From contig CAVGTL010000001.1 of the NCBI GenBank assembly GCA_963632005.1, positions 1 through 44,084 of the forward strand: a stretch of 44,084 bases of DNA. The letters run 5' to 3'. The notes beneath the pieces are model-generated. The model made no database searches. It was not told the DNA's origin and worked only from the letters and a program-made list of their open reading frames with translations. Origin of the DNA: Succinivibrio sp. (GTDB lineage: Bacteria > Bacillota > Clostridia > Peptostreptococcales > Anaerovoracaceae). The position numbers and the translations under genes were made by a program. Below are positions 37,601 through 44,084 of this stretch, piece after piece (the stretch's first letter is position 1; every line of letters starts with the position of its first letter).

Positions 37601-38699
37601 GTGTACCTTTAGCGATATCTCCGACGATTCCGCCCACGTATGATCTTTCTACTGTAGAAGTAATATCGGCATTGTTTACACAGTTTTCTATATTTACAGC
37701 ACCCTCTGTATAAGCTGCTATACCGCCTGCATGCAGACCGGCTGTAATAGAACCTGATACAGTAAGATCCTTTATTTCTGCGCCGTTTATACATCCGAAC
37801 AGACCCTGGTATGAATCTGTCGTATTGATGTAGATCTTTACTGTATTTCCGGCACCGTCAAAATGTCCCTTGAACGGAGTCTTTGTAGCAGTTCCTACGG
37901 GTGTCCATTTTTCAGGTGTGTCCGATGTTTCTGCATCCTCTGCAAGTGAGCTTGCGTCATCACCTTCAGCGTCCTGTACGTTTACCGCATCAGCTGCTGC
38001 AGGTATCACAGTCGTATCTATGTCATTTGTAAGAACGAAATACTTGTCTGCATAGCCTTCTCCGCCGTTTACCTTTTCAGCAAGCAGCATCAGATCGGCA
38101 CGCGTCGATATTTTATAAGGATCGCTCTCGCTTCCGCTTCCATCCCATTCGACACCGTCAAGTCCCAGCATGGAAGCTACTTTATCTATCAAACGGTCGA
38201 TAAAGCCTTCCTCATCCTGCTCCTGATCTTCATCGGTATCGATATTTTTGGATGGATCGTCGTATGTCTGATCATCCTTATTATCTTTTACCTGATCTTC
38301 TGATCTGTCGGGGATGCTGCTTCCATTTTCAACGCTCTCATCGGCATCCTTGCCGCCTGATACGCTGTTGTTGGCGTTATCAGCATCTCCTGACTGTATA
38401 ATATCATCAGTCTGATCATTTATACTGTCGTTTTTGTCTTCAGCGACATTCTCATCAGAGCCGACAGCTTCATTTTGAGTCCCATTTTGAATTTCATCGG
38501 AACTCTCATTATTTACTGCAGTCTCTGCTGCCGGAACATCCTTACCATCGGACACTGCTTCCGATGATATGTCATTACCGTCAGATATGCTGACAACCTC
38601 TGCAAATGAAAAAGGTATTACAGACGTGAGTATCATTATACTCGTCAGTAATACACTTACTGCAGACCGGACCTTCGTCCGTAAACTCTGTTTTTTCAA
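28674..38699 (-). CDS. giant modular surface protein (GLUG-type beta-helix repeats plus Listeria-Bacteroides/Flg_new repeats), tail-anchored
   Basis: Four modules each contain PF(K/S)G.FDG.G-type motifs (PFKGHFDGAGNTV, PFSGTFDGAGFAI, PFKGNFDGNGHTV, FNGNFDGDGHTI). Each is followed by many GGI(A/V)G...N.G.I repeats. Interspersed are F.GWY repeats (TFEGWYTD, YTFLGWYE, SFDGWYYA, SLNGWYLV). The C-terminus has an acidic tract, a TM helix and an RYRKSKR tail. I place the start at the TTG at 38699 (AGGAGG 8 nt upstream, giving KKQSLRTKV plus a signal-like helix). The ORF-track ATG at 38804 has no RBS. Confidence 0.85.
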   Translation of the reverse strand: MKKQSLRTKVRSAVSVLLTSIMILTSVIPFSFAEVVSISDGNDISSEAVSDGKDVPAAETAVNNESSDEIQNGTQNEAVGSDENVAEDKNDSINDQTDDIIQSGDADNANNSVSGGKDADESVENGSSIPDRSEDQVKDNKDDQTYDDPSKNIDTDEDQEQDEEGFIDRLIDKVASMLGLDGVEWDGSGSESDPYKISTRADLMLLAEKVNGGEGYADKYFVLTNDIDTTVIPAAADAVNVQDAEGDDASSLAEDAETSDTPEKWTPVGTATKTPFKGHFDGAGNTVKIYINTTDSYQGLFGCINGAEIKDLTVSGSITAGLHAGGIAAYTEGAVNIENCVNNADITSTVERSYVGGIVGDIAKGTPVLKGCVNNGNITVDQKMSYPGGILGYTAVKTTISDCRNNGDVISEAASMSAAAGILAYVSGSDPVTFENCINNGTVTSNVGNAAGIIAKYEASAAVCSITDCSNTGKISGRGSVAGLAGSGATEVSRSFNTGAVIADGTGQSAAVYAAGLVADIKSSKGLKVSECYNTGNISVTGSGDSGSLAAGLVACAKGVIIINSYNQGDVAGIENASGLANMFSASNGSSRFIQCYNTGNVSAEGSNKGSLSYTMYGDADHCYYLAGTGSEGGYSEEEMKGDTVVNGLGFAFVKTDESYPELYWQHEASSDHVTLHYSESSFDANLTDTTRNVSISKFKESLTSLSTDREGVTFEGWYTDSKLTEKWDQESELKSGDELFASWKTTAPVYEDLKVTFDYGYHMESEDESDSNENTIVNSIVKYGEAVNAPEAHVRDGYTFLGWYEITGAGTDNEYQAESMYDFSSSVKADLYLRAVWQKERNTDYAWYFDDFEAKEYHITDPAQLLALAKLVRGDEATGVTEPVSFEGKTLILDNDINLSMLANSEDGTYDELMPLSDGSGTYNWSSVIGESADKPFSGTFDGAGFAITGLYIKSADADQALFGYLKNATVKDLTVYADVKGGDNTAAVAANADSTVFENITVEGKVSAKGNCGAGIAASATGKGSFSNCVNRADVTVDHNLTSNAAGICGTVPKGDNNEYSFNECFNEGEISGSKYAAGIVSSYMSANGDITYCGNRGHIEVYSDTRKASTATGAMVGGVIGYASPESSNVKVSYCYNAGSIEGHAYVASVSDTISIGGIAGSANSISHSYNTGSVNAEVRSSTVSTSKLGKAGGIAGVTNAATASVVSNIVDCYNTGNITTSTDQPGNSYYAGGILGSMERPMYSASGKPSVYVTNCYNAGIANGKNINICPGYSSDVNLYVNNCYSLSEKDDLKAGETTEKYMKTEAFAELLGYAYSYRNGAYPVLKWESTDASENGYIILNYNESRFYELGGESGLVSYQEADTRVRAVLSEEGKITSEPSVTSNKESFSFDGWYYADGRKVNFADDVFESGTEIHAEWKLVPIEITYDLNYEADGQPVENVTVPVGLGEYAEAYMPVRDDYSLNGWYLVTDPGKESESVASDKFDFANTRIFKPLYLRAKWQAETSDSSWYSAGQTEYEISTAEQLIALARITSGQLNNGKPVSFENCTIKLTENITLPENYMWPQIGSASAPFKGNFDGNGHTVSGVEINDAAAVDQGFFGYVTGGSIRNLTVEGNITGSSATGGIVGHIASGDEVVEISDVTSKMNVTGTNNTGGIVGQADSNVRIKNCVNEGTVTGTGNTGGVIGSIVMKSELPENEAAFRNVINKGKITGNGKETGGIVGHISASAAMKVIFKDCENSGEIKGTSSYTGGIAGHSVADTATDSIVRYLFDGCINNGKLTGVDYTGGMTAAVGVVSKNAAAADFVNCINNGDIKATKQYVGGMTGYTYASAESMAISVEGCSNTAVIDSSSQQYVSGLIGYAKSYVTISDSNNTGEIKALGNAGGLIGYGTTDINIYRSYNSGDITTGKGTSHTTGGLTGPLTSNIIVDRCYNTGNITSQNKYVGALLGRVQPSSSKAVTVTNCYSAGTLKATGTTSASQAGGILTNAGTASKLTVKNCFSCGSITAGTNYTAVGGILTVPKGTVTDKCYALSGIIGSKAFTDKDVLTAVSTDQLSGGEIAYLLDGGAGERAGIWGQSKECPELINFDNSLKPVYAVKLTMGTANGKLSAEVAGKASLDNKDDSAYVYAPEGSSVTLKATADSGYVLKLMTVKDASGNSYASGSGSDDVTFSMPAVDVVVSADFAASSSDAHKVTLDANGGSFENGASTVTVSVAGDSSLEATADFKKYADQLKPESDQFKFNGWLCDGKAFDTKTVVTEDMTITASWLGLGVDVIFSLNDTEKELSGLSVPVQQRVGENRAVPDPITLTQTGWSEYVSDGKLVYNVKISGSDAVYRVYTLKGWSTEPSGGALWDFTKTLTTADYENGILNLYAQWDIKETLLDNSDDAIPYEINDIQTLQKIAALSQSGETFDGRSFKLSTDLDLSGSNAGKFYIKEFNGNFDGDGHTITLMKNPSADTDLLFGTIGKDGTVENLKLSAADLDTDVDGTTAHWAGLAADNYGLISNCSNDIDAVDKFAYSGGLVYANHEGATIKDCTVELNTAGESGKYLTCIGGIAYSNEGNISNCNTSGDIHPVDGYFVGRIGGIVYEAKGGTIADCTNNINIVGSGSGAVSIAGGIAATVTGPSVNIIENCINNGNITAAYQAGGIVANVQQNTETDLKILNCENTGNITLAASEGSLGAGHTGGIIGNTSYGSGQISISGAKNSGNISVPENTSKSEKKVYANIGGILGYALNGRTIIIENAENTGTVEVESTTSANYSYAGGIAGYISSFAASDSKITESSNSGDIKVTGTAKRVGGIAGQALNIEGCSNTGNIAVDTSDNSLTYGVTAGGIASVLYGEMKNCNNSGNIAPEENGLFKAGTVGGLAGKIASENGVIEGSKNSGKIEVTEFYKSENGVGALVGYNKGGKIEKCESRVDGDAIMIKLSEEPDTTVNNVGGLVGYNTGTVTDSLAVGGLSNEGKNVNVGAIAGSNSGSITNSYFYSKTYSDKLHELKAVAASGASGSMENCYYGAAGWNKDSFTDDSQIPSGWAAGSAFTSGEIAYRLDGGTATHRNVWTQDESAGYPALGSPSYYLLRVKADADSKGGKVTVSFRDRSISGENETLYVPYGDTVSVTATAGEKSTLDSLKLNDKVVSEGNIIFNENIDSLLTYKFVEEEEEKPKDDSSDSGSDSGSGDGDKGDGNENGNGGQGTDPDANGTDISNGGKNNDTDTIPSTDDNIPTVSDHPTDADTIVITVPETEEIQKETDVEDQTPEQMEAESAPESSGDIEEEEQEKEDEEEQKNDTVFEVIHESVMENPFVRAFVLIILLILVITGGYHRYRKSKR

Positions 38700-38910
38700 T
38701 ATCTTAACCTCCTTTAACGTAACACTACGTAATGTACCATGATATGTCAGTTGCGGCATGAACATGATCTTTAACGTATTGATATGCATTATATTCGGTT
38801 TCAATATTTTTGTAAGTTATATTAATAACACAAATAATCAATATTTTCTTATATTGTTCATTTTATTTGTTTTTAATTTGATCAATACTTGTATATTAAG
38901 TTATTTTACG

Positions 38911-38940
38911 AAAAACGCACCGCTGGCATGTTATCGGTGC
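38911..38940 (-). terminator. terminator-like hairpin in the upstream region of the giant-protein operon
   Basis: Stem GCACCG / CGGTGC spans 38917-38940, followed by GTTTTTCG on the minus strand. It could be a second insulator terminator or a leader attenuator. Confidence 0.3.
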
Positions 38941-39011
38941 ATTTTCTGCAACAGTTGATAACTTTTATACAACAATATACTGTCTATGCCGGATGAATGA
39001 ATAAGCGAACG

Positions 39012-39050
39012 AAAAAAACAGCAGGACCTGACATCTCTCCGGTCCTGCTG
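39012..39050 (-). terminator. rho-independent terminator of the oxidoreductase operon
   Basis: 10-bp stem CAGCAGGACC / GGTCCTGCTG followed by a T7 run on the minus strand. Confidence 0.85.
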
Positions 39051-39096
39051 CTTTATCACAATTATTTATTTATTTTCCGGCACAAGAGCCAAACAA

Positions 39097-41091
39097 TTAA
39101 AGTTTTCTTACTATCTCGTAAGCTCTGCTTACCTGAGTCATTACGCTTCCGATTCCGTTGCCTGCTGTAACTTCATATATTTCCTTACCGCAGCCGAGGA
39201 GTTCTTCTCTCATAGATTCGCGTTTTCTGAAGCCTATGGCGATTATAACGTCGTCTGCTTCTATCTCCTGAGCATTGCCGTCCTTATCGAGCACTACTGC
39301 GCCCTTTTCGTTTACGCAGTCAAGTCTTGTACTTGTAAGGATGTTACAGTGCTTTCTGTTTAACAGCTCTACAAGCATGTCATGTACCCAGTAAGGCACG
39401 CCTACAGGGTCGTTAGCCATAAGGTCATCGAGAGCCTCTACGAGTGTGACCTTTTTACCCTCAAGACAGTAATCGTATGCCATCTCAGCGCCTACCAAGC
39501 CGCCGCCTACGATAACAACGCTTTCGCCCGGCGTATGCTTTCCTGTAAGCACGTCTACACATGATACAGCCTTCGGAGAATCTATACCCTTTATGCTCTT
39601 TGGCATCAGCGGCTCAGAGCCTACACTGAGTATAACGACTGAAGCATCGAGCTTCTTTATATCTTCTGCTGACATTTCTGTATTTAAATGTAAAGTAATG
39701 TTCGGTTCCTGCTCCATCTGAAGCTTGTACCACGCGTTCAGCTCACGGATGCTTTCCTTAAATGAATGCTCGCCTGCATCGAAAAGGCGTCCGCCGAGAA
39801 CGCTGTCGCGTTCATACAGATCTACTTTATGACCGCGCATAGCTGCAACGCGCGCAGCCTCCATGCCTCCGACTCCGCCGCCTATTACTGCGACCTTCTT
39901 TTCTACTACAGCTCTCGTTATCGGATATACGCCTTCCTTCATTGCCAGAGGATTTACAGCGCACGTAGGAGAACCGTTGTTAAATGTAGTATTCATGCAG
40001 TTGCCGCATGCGATGCACGGATGTATCTGCTCAGGGAGGCCCATCTCGACCTTTCTTGCAAACCACGGGTCTGCGAGAGACGCTCTTCCGAGAGAAATAC
40101 CGTCGCACTTTCCTTCGGCTATCGCCTCGTCAGCTAAGTAAGGATCGTCGTTCCTGCCTGCACAGAGTACAGGGATATTGACTGCCTGCTTAAGCTGCTT
40201 TGAGAGCTCCAGATTCATGCCCTTTGGGAAATATGCAGGAGCTACGCAGTAATAATATGCGTCGTATACGCCTACATTACAGTTGAGCATGTCGTATCCG
40301 AACTTTTCGAGCAGCTTGCCTGCTTCACATGTTTCTTCGATAGTTCTTCCGACCTCTTCAGTTCCATCGAGAGACGGCTGATTGAAGCCCTTCATGTAAG
40401 ACTTCATACCGAGTCTCATTGAAACAGGGAAATCCTTACCACAGACTTCCTTTATGCCTTCTACGATCTTTCTTGCAGCAGTGAGCCTTTCTTCGAGCGT
40501 TTCACCGCCGTATTCGTCAGTTCTCTTATTAGTTATCGCCATAGCGAACTGGTCGAGCAGGTAGCCCCAGTGCATAGCGTGTATCTCAACACCGTCAAAG
40601 CCGCCTTCCTTCGCAAGCTTTGCAGTTTTTATTATCCAGTTTATCTTAGCTTCTATCTCTTCCTTCGTAAGTACTTCTGTAAGCACTGAAGGGTCGTGAT
40701 ATTTCGGCAGGGCCGAAGGAGCCTTTTCAGTTCCTCTCATTCTTCCTCTGCCCATTCCGATCTGCATGAATATCTTACAGTCGAAATCATGAACTCTTTC
40801 AGTCAGACGTCTTGCTGACTCCTTCCATGTCTTAGGGGCATAATACGGAGGTATCTGGCCATCGACTACATTTGGCTTGTCCACTTCCATATCAGCTACT
40901 ACGTTTCCGAGAACGATAAGTCCGAAACCGCCTCTTGCTCTTTCAAGAAGGTATTCTATCGCATGGTCGTTATATTCGCCCTTCGGTCCCTGCATCAGAT
41001 AAAAAGAGCCGAGCGGCGCTACTGCCATTCTGTTTTTTATAGTAACATTACCGATCTTAAACGGTTTTAATAAATTTTCAAATTTTTTCAT
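39097..41091 (-). CDS. OYE-family NADH:flavin oxidoreductase fused to an FAD/NAD(P) domain (2-enoate reductase / 2,4-dienoyl-CoA reductase family)
   Basis: An N-terminal old-yellow-enzyme-like barrel (FKIGNVTIKNRMAVAPL, GFDGVEIHAMHWGYLLDQF), a Cys cluster CIACGNCMN...C, and two Rossmann motifs VIGGGVGGMEAA and VIVGGGLVGAEMA. I moved the start to the ATG at 41091 (GGAG upstream). Confidence 0.85.
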   Translation of the reverse strand: MKKFENLLKPFKIGNVTIKNRMAVAPLGSFYLMQGPKGEYNDHAIEYLLERARGGFGLIVLGNVVADMEVDKPNVVDGQIPPYYAPKTWKESARRLTERVHDFDCKIFMQIGMGRGRMRGTEKAPSALPKYHDPSVLTEVLTKEEIEAKINWIIKTAKLAKEGGFDGVEIHAMHWGYLLDQFAMAITNKRTDEYGGETLEERLTAARKIVEGIKEVCGKDFPVSMRLGMKSYMKGFNQPSLDGTEEVGRTIEETCEAGKLLEKFGYDMLNCNVGVYDAYYYCVAPAYFPKGMNLELSKQLKQAVNIPVLCAGRNDDPYLADEAIAEGKCDGISLGRASLADPWFARKVEMGLPEQIHPCIACGNCMNTTFNNGSPTCAVNPLAMKEGVYPITRAVVEKKVAVIGGGVGGMEAARVAAMRGHKVDLYERDSVLGGRLFDAGEHSFKESIRELNAWYKLQMEQEPNITLHLNTEMSAEDIKKLDASVVILSVGSEPLMPKSIKGIDSPKAVSCVDVLTGKHTPGESVVIVGGGLVGAEMAYDYCLEGKKVTLVEALDDLMANDPVGVPYWVHDMLVELLNRKHCNILTSTRLDCVNEKGAVVLDKDGNAQEIEADDVIIAIGFRKRESMREELLGCGKEIYEVTAGNGIGSVMTQVSRAYEIVRKL

Positions 41092-41131
41092 TGTAAAGTG
41101 CTCCACATTCAAATTCTGATAAATATATCGC

Positions 41132-41183
41132 AAAGCGAGCGTCTCGGCCGGACGAGCCGACCGGGGGGCTCTGCTCCGCTTTT
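41132..41183 (-). other. GC-rich compound hairpin in the permease-oxidoreductase spacer
   Basis: Outer stem AAAGCGAGC / GCTCCGCTTT with one bulge encloses a G/C-rich interior. On the minus strand it is followed by TTTGCGATATATTT. It may be a partial terminator or an RNA processing/stability element. Confidence 0.3.
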
Positions 41184-41205
41184 AAAACATTCTAAAATTC
41201 ACTTA

Positions 41206-42480
41206 TTAATAATAAACTACTGCTATGAGTGCGCATGTAACTATCATGCATATGATATTTACAAGTCCGCCCATTCTGAGGTAGTCCTTGAATCTGTATC
41301 CTGCAACGCCTATCTGAGTCATTGGAGATACGCAGATAGGAGTTGTAAGAGCTACCTTCGTTCCTGAGCATGCTGCGATGAATAACGGTGTAGGGTCGAT
41401 ATTCATAGTCTGTGCTATAGCCATTGCTATCGGAAGTACTATAGCAACTGTAGCGTTGTCGCTCATTACTGCTGATATTATAGAAGCAATGAAGAACAGA
41501 ACTATGCATAATCCGAGACCGCTCTGACCGAGAGGACCTGAGATATTTATGAAGAAGTTAGCAATAACTTCGCCTGCGCCGCTTGCCTGGATACCGCTTG
41601 AGAAGCCCATAGAGCCTGCAACGATGACTACAGTTCCCCAGCTTACGCTCTTGAAGGCCTCGCCTTCCTTTATGCAGCCTGTGAGTATCAGCACAGCTGC
41701 GCCGAGAAGTGCAGCAAGTCCGTAATTCACGCCTAATACAAGTGCAACTATTACTGCCAGCAGTACGCCTGCTGTAAGTACCTGCTTCCATACAGGAGCT
41801 TCTGCAGCAGTTGAACTCTTATCCTCTGAGCTTTCTACAGGAATGTCAGGGAAGTCGAACCACTTGTCCTGAAGCTTTTTGCCGAATAAAGCAAATACTA
41901 TGATAACTACGATAACTGCAGGAAGGTTTACTAAAGTAGGTGCAAATATGCTCATAGTACCGTATCCTGATGATTCAAGGATACTTACTGCTGTAAGCAT
42001 AGATGTAGCACTTATTGTTAATACATTATTTCCCAGTACTGCCGATATACCGAGAGCCATATACGTGCCCTTGCGTGTGATCTTACCCTTTGATTTAAGT
42101 ACCACCGCATCTATTACAGGCATGAGTATGGCTACTGTAAGTGCTCCGTTAAGGAATACTGATATAGCGCATGATAATATGAACATTACTACTACGAAAA
42201 GGCCTTCGTTCTCGCCGAGCTTGCCTCTGCCCAGCAGGTTTCCTACTTTAGGCGCGAGGCCGGTCGTAACGGTCGCCTTTCCTATGATCATAAGACCGGC
42301 TATGAGGAATATTACGCTGTTTGAAAATCCCGCAAACGCTGTAGGATAGTCGATTATCCCGAATACAGCCATTGCAAGCATTGCCAGGATAGTCGTTACA
42401 GAAAGCGGCATCTTTGGTACCGCATATAATATCAGTGCCGCAATAAGTATTATTATCGCGATAGTGCTCTGTGCTATCAT
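41206..42480 (-). CDS. polytopic anion/carboxylate permease (ArsB/NhaD/CitMHS-SLC13 superfamily-like)
   Basis: 424 aa, hydrophobic almost throughout, with a short central hydrophilic loop. AAGGAG RBS present. The family assignment is by general appearance only. Confidence 0.6.
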   Translation of the reverse strand: MIAQSTIAIIILIAALILYAVPKMPLSVTTILAMLAMAVFGIIDYPTAFAGFSNSVIFLIAGLMIIGKATVTTGLAPKVGNLLGRGKLGENEGLFVVVMFILSCAISVFLNGALTVAILMPVIDAVVLKSKGKITRKGTYMALGISAVLGNNVLTISATSMLTAVSILESSGYGTMSIFAPTLVNLPAVIVVIIVFALFGKKLQDKWFDFPDIPVESSEDKSSTAAEAPVWKQVLTAGVLLAVIVALVLGVNYGLAALLGAAVLILTGCIKEGEAFKSVSWGTVVIVAGSMGFSSGIQASGAGEVIANFFINISGPLGQSGLGLCIVLFFIASIISAVMSDNATVAIVLPIAMAIAQTMNIDPTPLFIAACSGTKVALTTPICVSPMTQIGVAGYRFKDYLRMGGLVNIICMIVTCALIAVVYY

Positions 42481-42520
42481 TTTTCTCTCCTTTTATATGA
42501 TACTGAAAAACAGCTCATGA

Positions 42521-43666
42521 TTACTTTACTATGTAATTTTTAAGTGATCTCATAAAGATGTCTGTGACCTCCTCAAGACCTATCGGCTCAGGATGTCTCT
42601 TTAATCTGTGAGCCTCCTGCTCGCAGAATAATTCAGCATATCTCTTTACTTCCTCTTCAGTTATTTCAAAATGAACGTCCATGCTCATAAATTTCTGTAT
42701 GTAATCGGCAAATTCGTCGATATCTTTAAATCCACAGAGCTCTACGACCTTGTTTACATAAGTCTTGTCCTTGAAAGCTCTTAAATACTCCGCCTGGAAT
42801 ATTCCGCACGCAAGACCGTGGTGAACGCCCTTATGATGTGACAGCGGATAACCCATTCCGTGAGGGAGAGCAGTTCCGCACTGGAATGCTATGCCGTCAA
42901 AATATGAAGCGATGAGCATGTTAAGATAATCCTCTTCAGTAAGGTCGCCGCTCAGGACGTTGTCCTTGAACTTTGCAAACATCTTCATGCCTATTTCGCC
43001 GACAGCTCTCGTCATGTCGTTACTCTTAACATTCAGATAGCTTTCTACTGCGTGACAAAGCGCATCCATAAGTCCCGTATGAAGGAGCTCCGCAGGAGAA
43101 TCCTGTATGTATCTCGGATCAAAGAATGCCACCTCGCAGAAAACATTCTGGAATATAGTCTGCTTCGTATCCTTATCTGCGCGCGTCAGCACAGCGTGAC
43201 CTGTTACCTCTGAGCCTGTTCCTGCTGTTGTAGGAGCCATTATTATAGGAAGCACTGTTTCATTATATAATGTAGTGTGACATGCAGGATCCTTCCAGAA
43301 TACTCCGTATGGGTCAGTATCTTCATCGTAAGGATATAAAACGCTTACAGCCTTTGCTGCATCCAGTGACGAACCGCCGCCTACAGCCATTATGAAATCA
43401 GGCTTGAATGCTCTGCATTCGTCAGCTATAACTTTTATATTTTCAACAGGAGGATTTTCAATAACAGAATCATTTATCATGTATTCTATTCCCTGCTGCT
43501 TAAAGCATTTCTCAGCATCAACGAGCGCGTGATTCGTGCTGTCTCCGAAATCACTTGTTATTATGTAAGCTCTTTTTCCATATCTGTTAAATATTGCTGC
43601 ATTTTCTTCCATGCAGTTCGCACCTGCGTATACAGGTGTGTGAACCATAAAACTGTAGCTGCTCAT
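42521..43666 (-). CDS. iron-containing (group III) alcohol dehydrogenase
   Basis: GGGSSLDAAKA NAD-binding motif and His-rich metal-site motifs (CHAVESY, LPHGMGYPLSHH). AAGGAG RBS present. Confidence 0.85.
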   Translation of the reverse strand: MSSYSFMVHTPVYAGANCMEENAAIFNRYGKRAYIITSDFGDSTNHALVDAEKCFKQQGIEYMINDSVIENPPVENIKVIADECRAFKPDFIMAVGGGSSLDAAKAVSVLYPYDEDTDPYGVFWKDPACHTTLYNETVLPIIMAPTTAGTGSEVTGHAVLTRADKDTKQTIFQNVFCEVAFFDPRYIQDSPAELLHTGLMDALCHAVESYLNVKSNDMTRAVGEIGMKMFAKFKDNVLSGDLTEEDYLNMLIASYFDGIAFQCGTALPHGMGYPLSHHKGVHHGLACGIFQAEYLRAFKDKTYVNKVVELCGFKDIDEFADYIQKFMSMDVHFEITEEEVKRYAELFCEQEAHRLKRHPEPIGLEEVTDIFMRSLKNYIVK

Positions 43667-43968
43667 TTTGTAACACTCCTTGTTTCATCTTTTTTCATCT
43701 TTTCATTTTTGGTGATATCTGCTTTCACCTCTGACTCTTTCGGTATATGCTTTATCATACCGCTCCATAAATACGCGTTTTTATGTTAGCTGAATTATAG
43801 CATGATGATATTTGCAAAGAGAAATATACGATTTTCATTTATAAAATCAAAAAATCAGATAATTGCATAAAAAAAGCCTTCAGGCATTGATAATTAACGT
43901 TTATCGTTTTTTTGTATTTTTATTATGTTTTTTTTGAATAGCTTGACTTAAAAATGTCTGATATAGTT

Positions 43969-44011
43969 GTTAAATAAATAACATGTATGTCGTTAAATAA
44001 ACAACATATTT
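43969..44011 (+). repeat. tandem direct repeat of about 20 bp at the right edge
   Basis: GTTAAATAAATAACATGTAT (43969-43988) and GTTAAATAAACAACATATTT (43992-44011), with a 23-bp period. Confidence 0.6.
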
Positions 44012-44084
44012 CATGTATTTTTAACTTCTTTTCAGAAGCCGGCCGAAAATGTAGAATGTAAAAATGTAAGAGCGTATGTATGAA

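Noticed and set aside
24488-38699. Strong periodicity in the two giant genes as DNA-level tandem repeats or a shufflon
   Set aside because: The periodicity is at the protein-motif level (LRR and GLUG-type repeats), with diverged nucleotide sequences. I saw no long near-identical DNA repeats or flanking recombinase sites inside the genes.
38700-38804. 35-codon N-terminal extension of the giant surface-protein ORF (ATG at 38804)
   Set aside because: No RBS lies upstream of that ATG, and the extension is not signal-peptide-like. A TTG at 38699 has a consensus AGGAGG 8 nt upstream and yields a typical basic-plus-hydrophobic signal sequence.
41192-41509. 105-aa minus-strand ORF overlapping the 3' end of the permease gene in another frame
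   Set aside because: It is fully embedded in the much longer hydrophobic permease ORF, which has a proper RBS. The embedded ORF has none.

Overview
This 44-kb chromosomal window looks like a Firmicutes/Clostridia-type anaerobe. That is inferred from the AGGAGG ribosome-binding sites, the gene content and the hairpin terminators.

Layout, left to right:
- 0.1-5.6 kb, housekeeping: a T-box-like leader plus an AlaA-type aminotransferase, an acyl-CoA dehydrogenase, ferritin and a 4Fe-4S protein.
- 5.66-13.73 kb: a complete, translationally coupled four-gene operon on the minus strand. Its order, sizes and motifs match type II Wadjet (jetABCD), a described anti-plasmid system.
- 13.9-18.0 kb: a Crp/Fnr regulator, MgtE behind a candidate M-box riboswitch, and a COG1373-type AAA ATPase preceded by three 34-bp direct repeats.
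- 18.0-24.5 kb: a visibly more AT-rich island of about 6.4 kb, bracketed by two copies of a roughly 40-55 bp terminator-hairpin repeat. It carries a DUF3990/DUF3791-like overlapping pair and a four-gene operon (SPFH protein with C-terminal double zinc ribbon, 4-TM protein, zinc-ribbon/coiled-coil protein, small protein). It also carries a small serine recombinase and an Rpn-type PD-(D/E)XK nuclease.
- 24.5-38.7 kb: a two-gene operon for giant tail-anchored surface proteins (BspA-type LRR, and GLUG/Listeria-Bacteroides-repeat).
- 39.1-43.7 kb: a metabolic operon of alcohol dehydrogenase, permease and enoate-reductase-like flavoprotein.

The most interesting signal lies between the recombinase and the SPFH operon. 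Two 28-bp hix-like sites (13 + 2 + 13 bp) have reverse-complementary core dinucleotides (GT versus AC). They bracket a 135-bp AT-rich segment with promoter-like hexamers. This looks like an invertible promoter switching an uncharacterised membrane module.

No tRNA, rRNA or CRISPR array was seen. All family assignments come from motif reading and recall, not from database searches.
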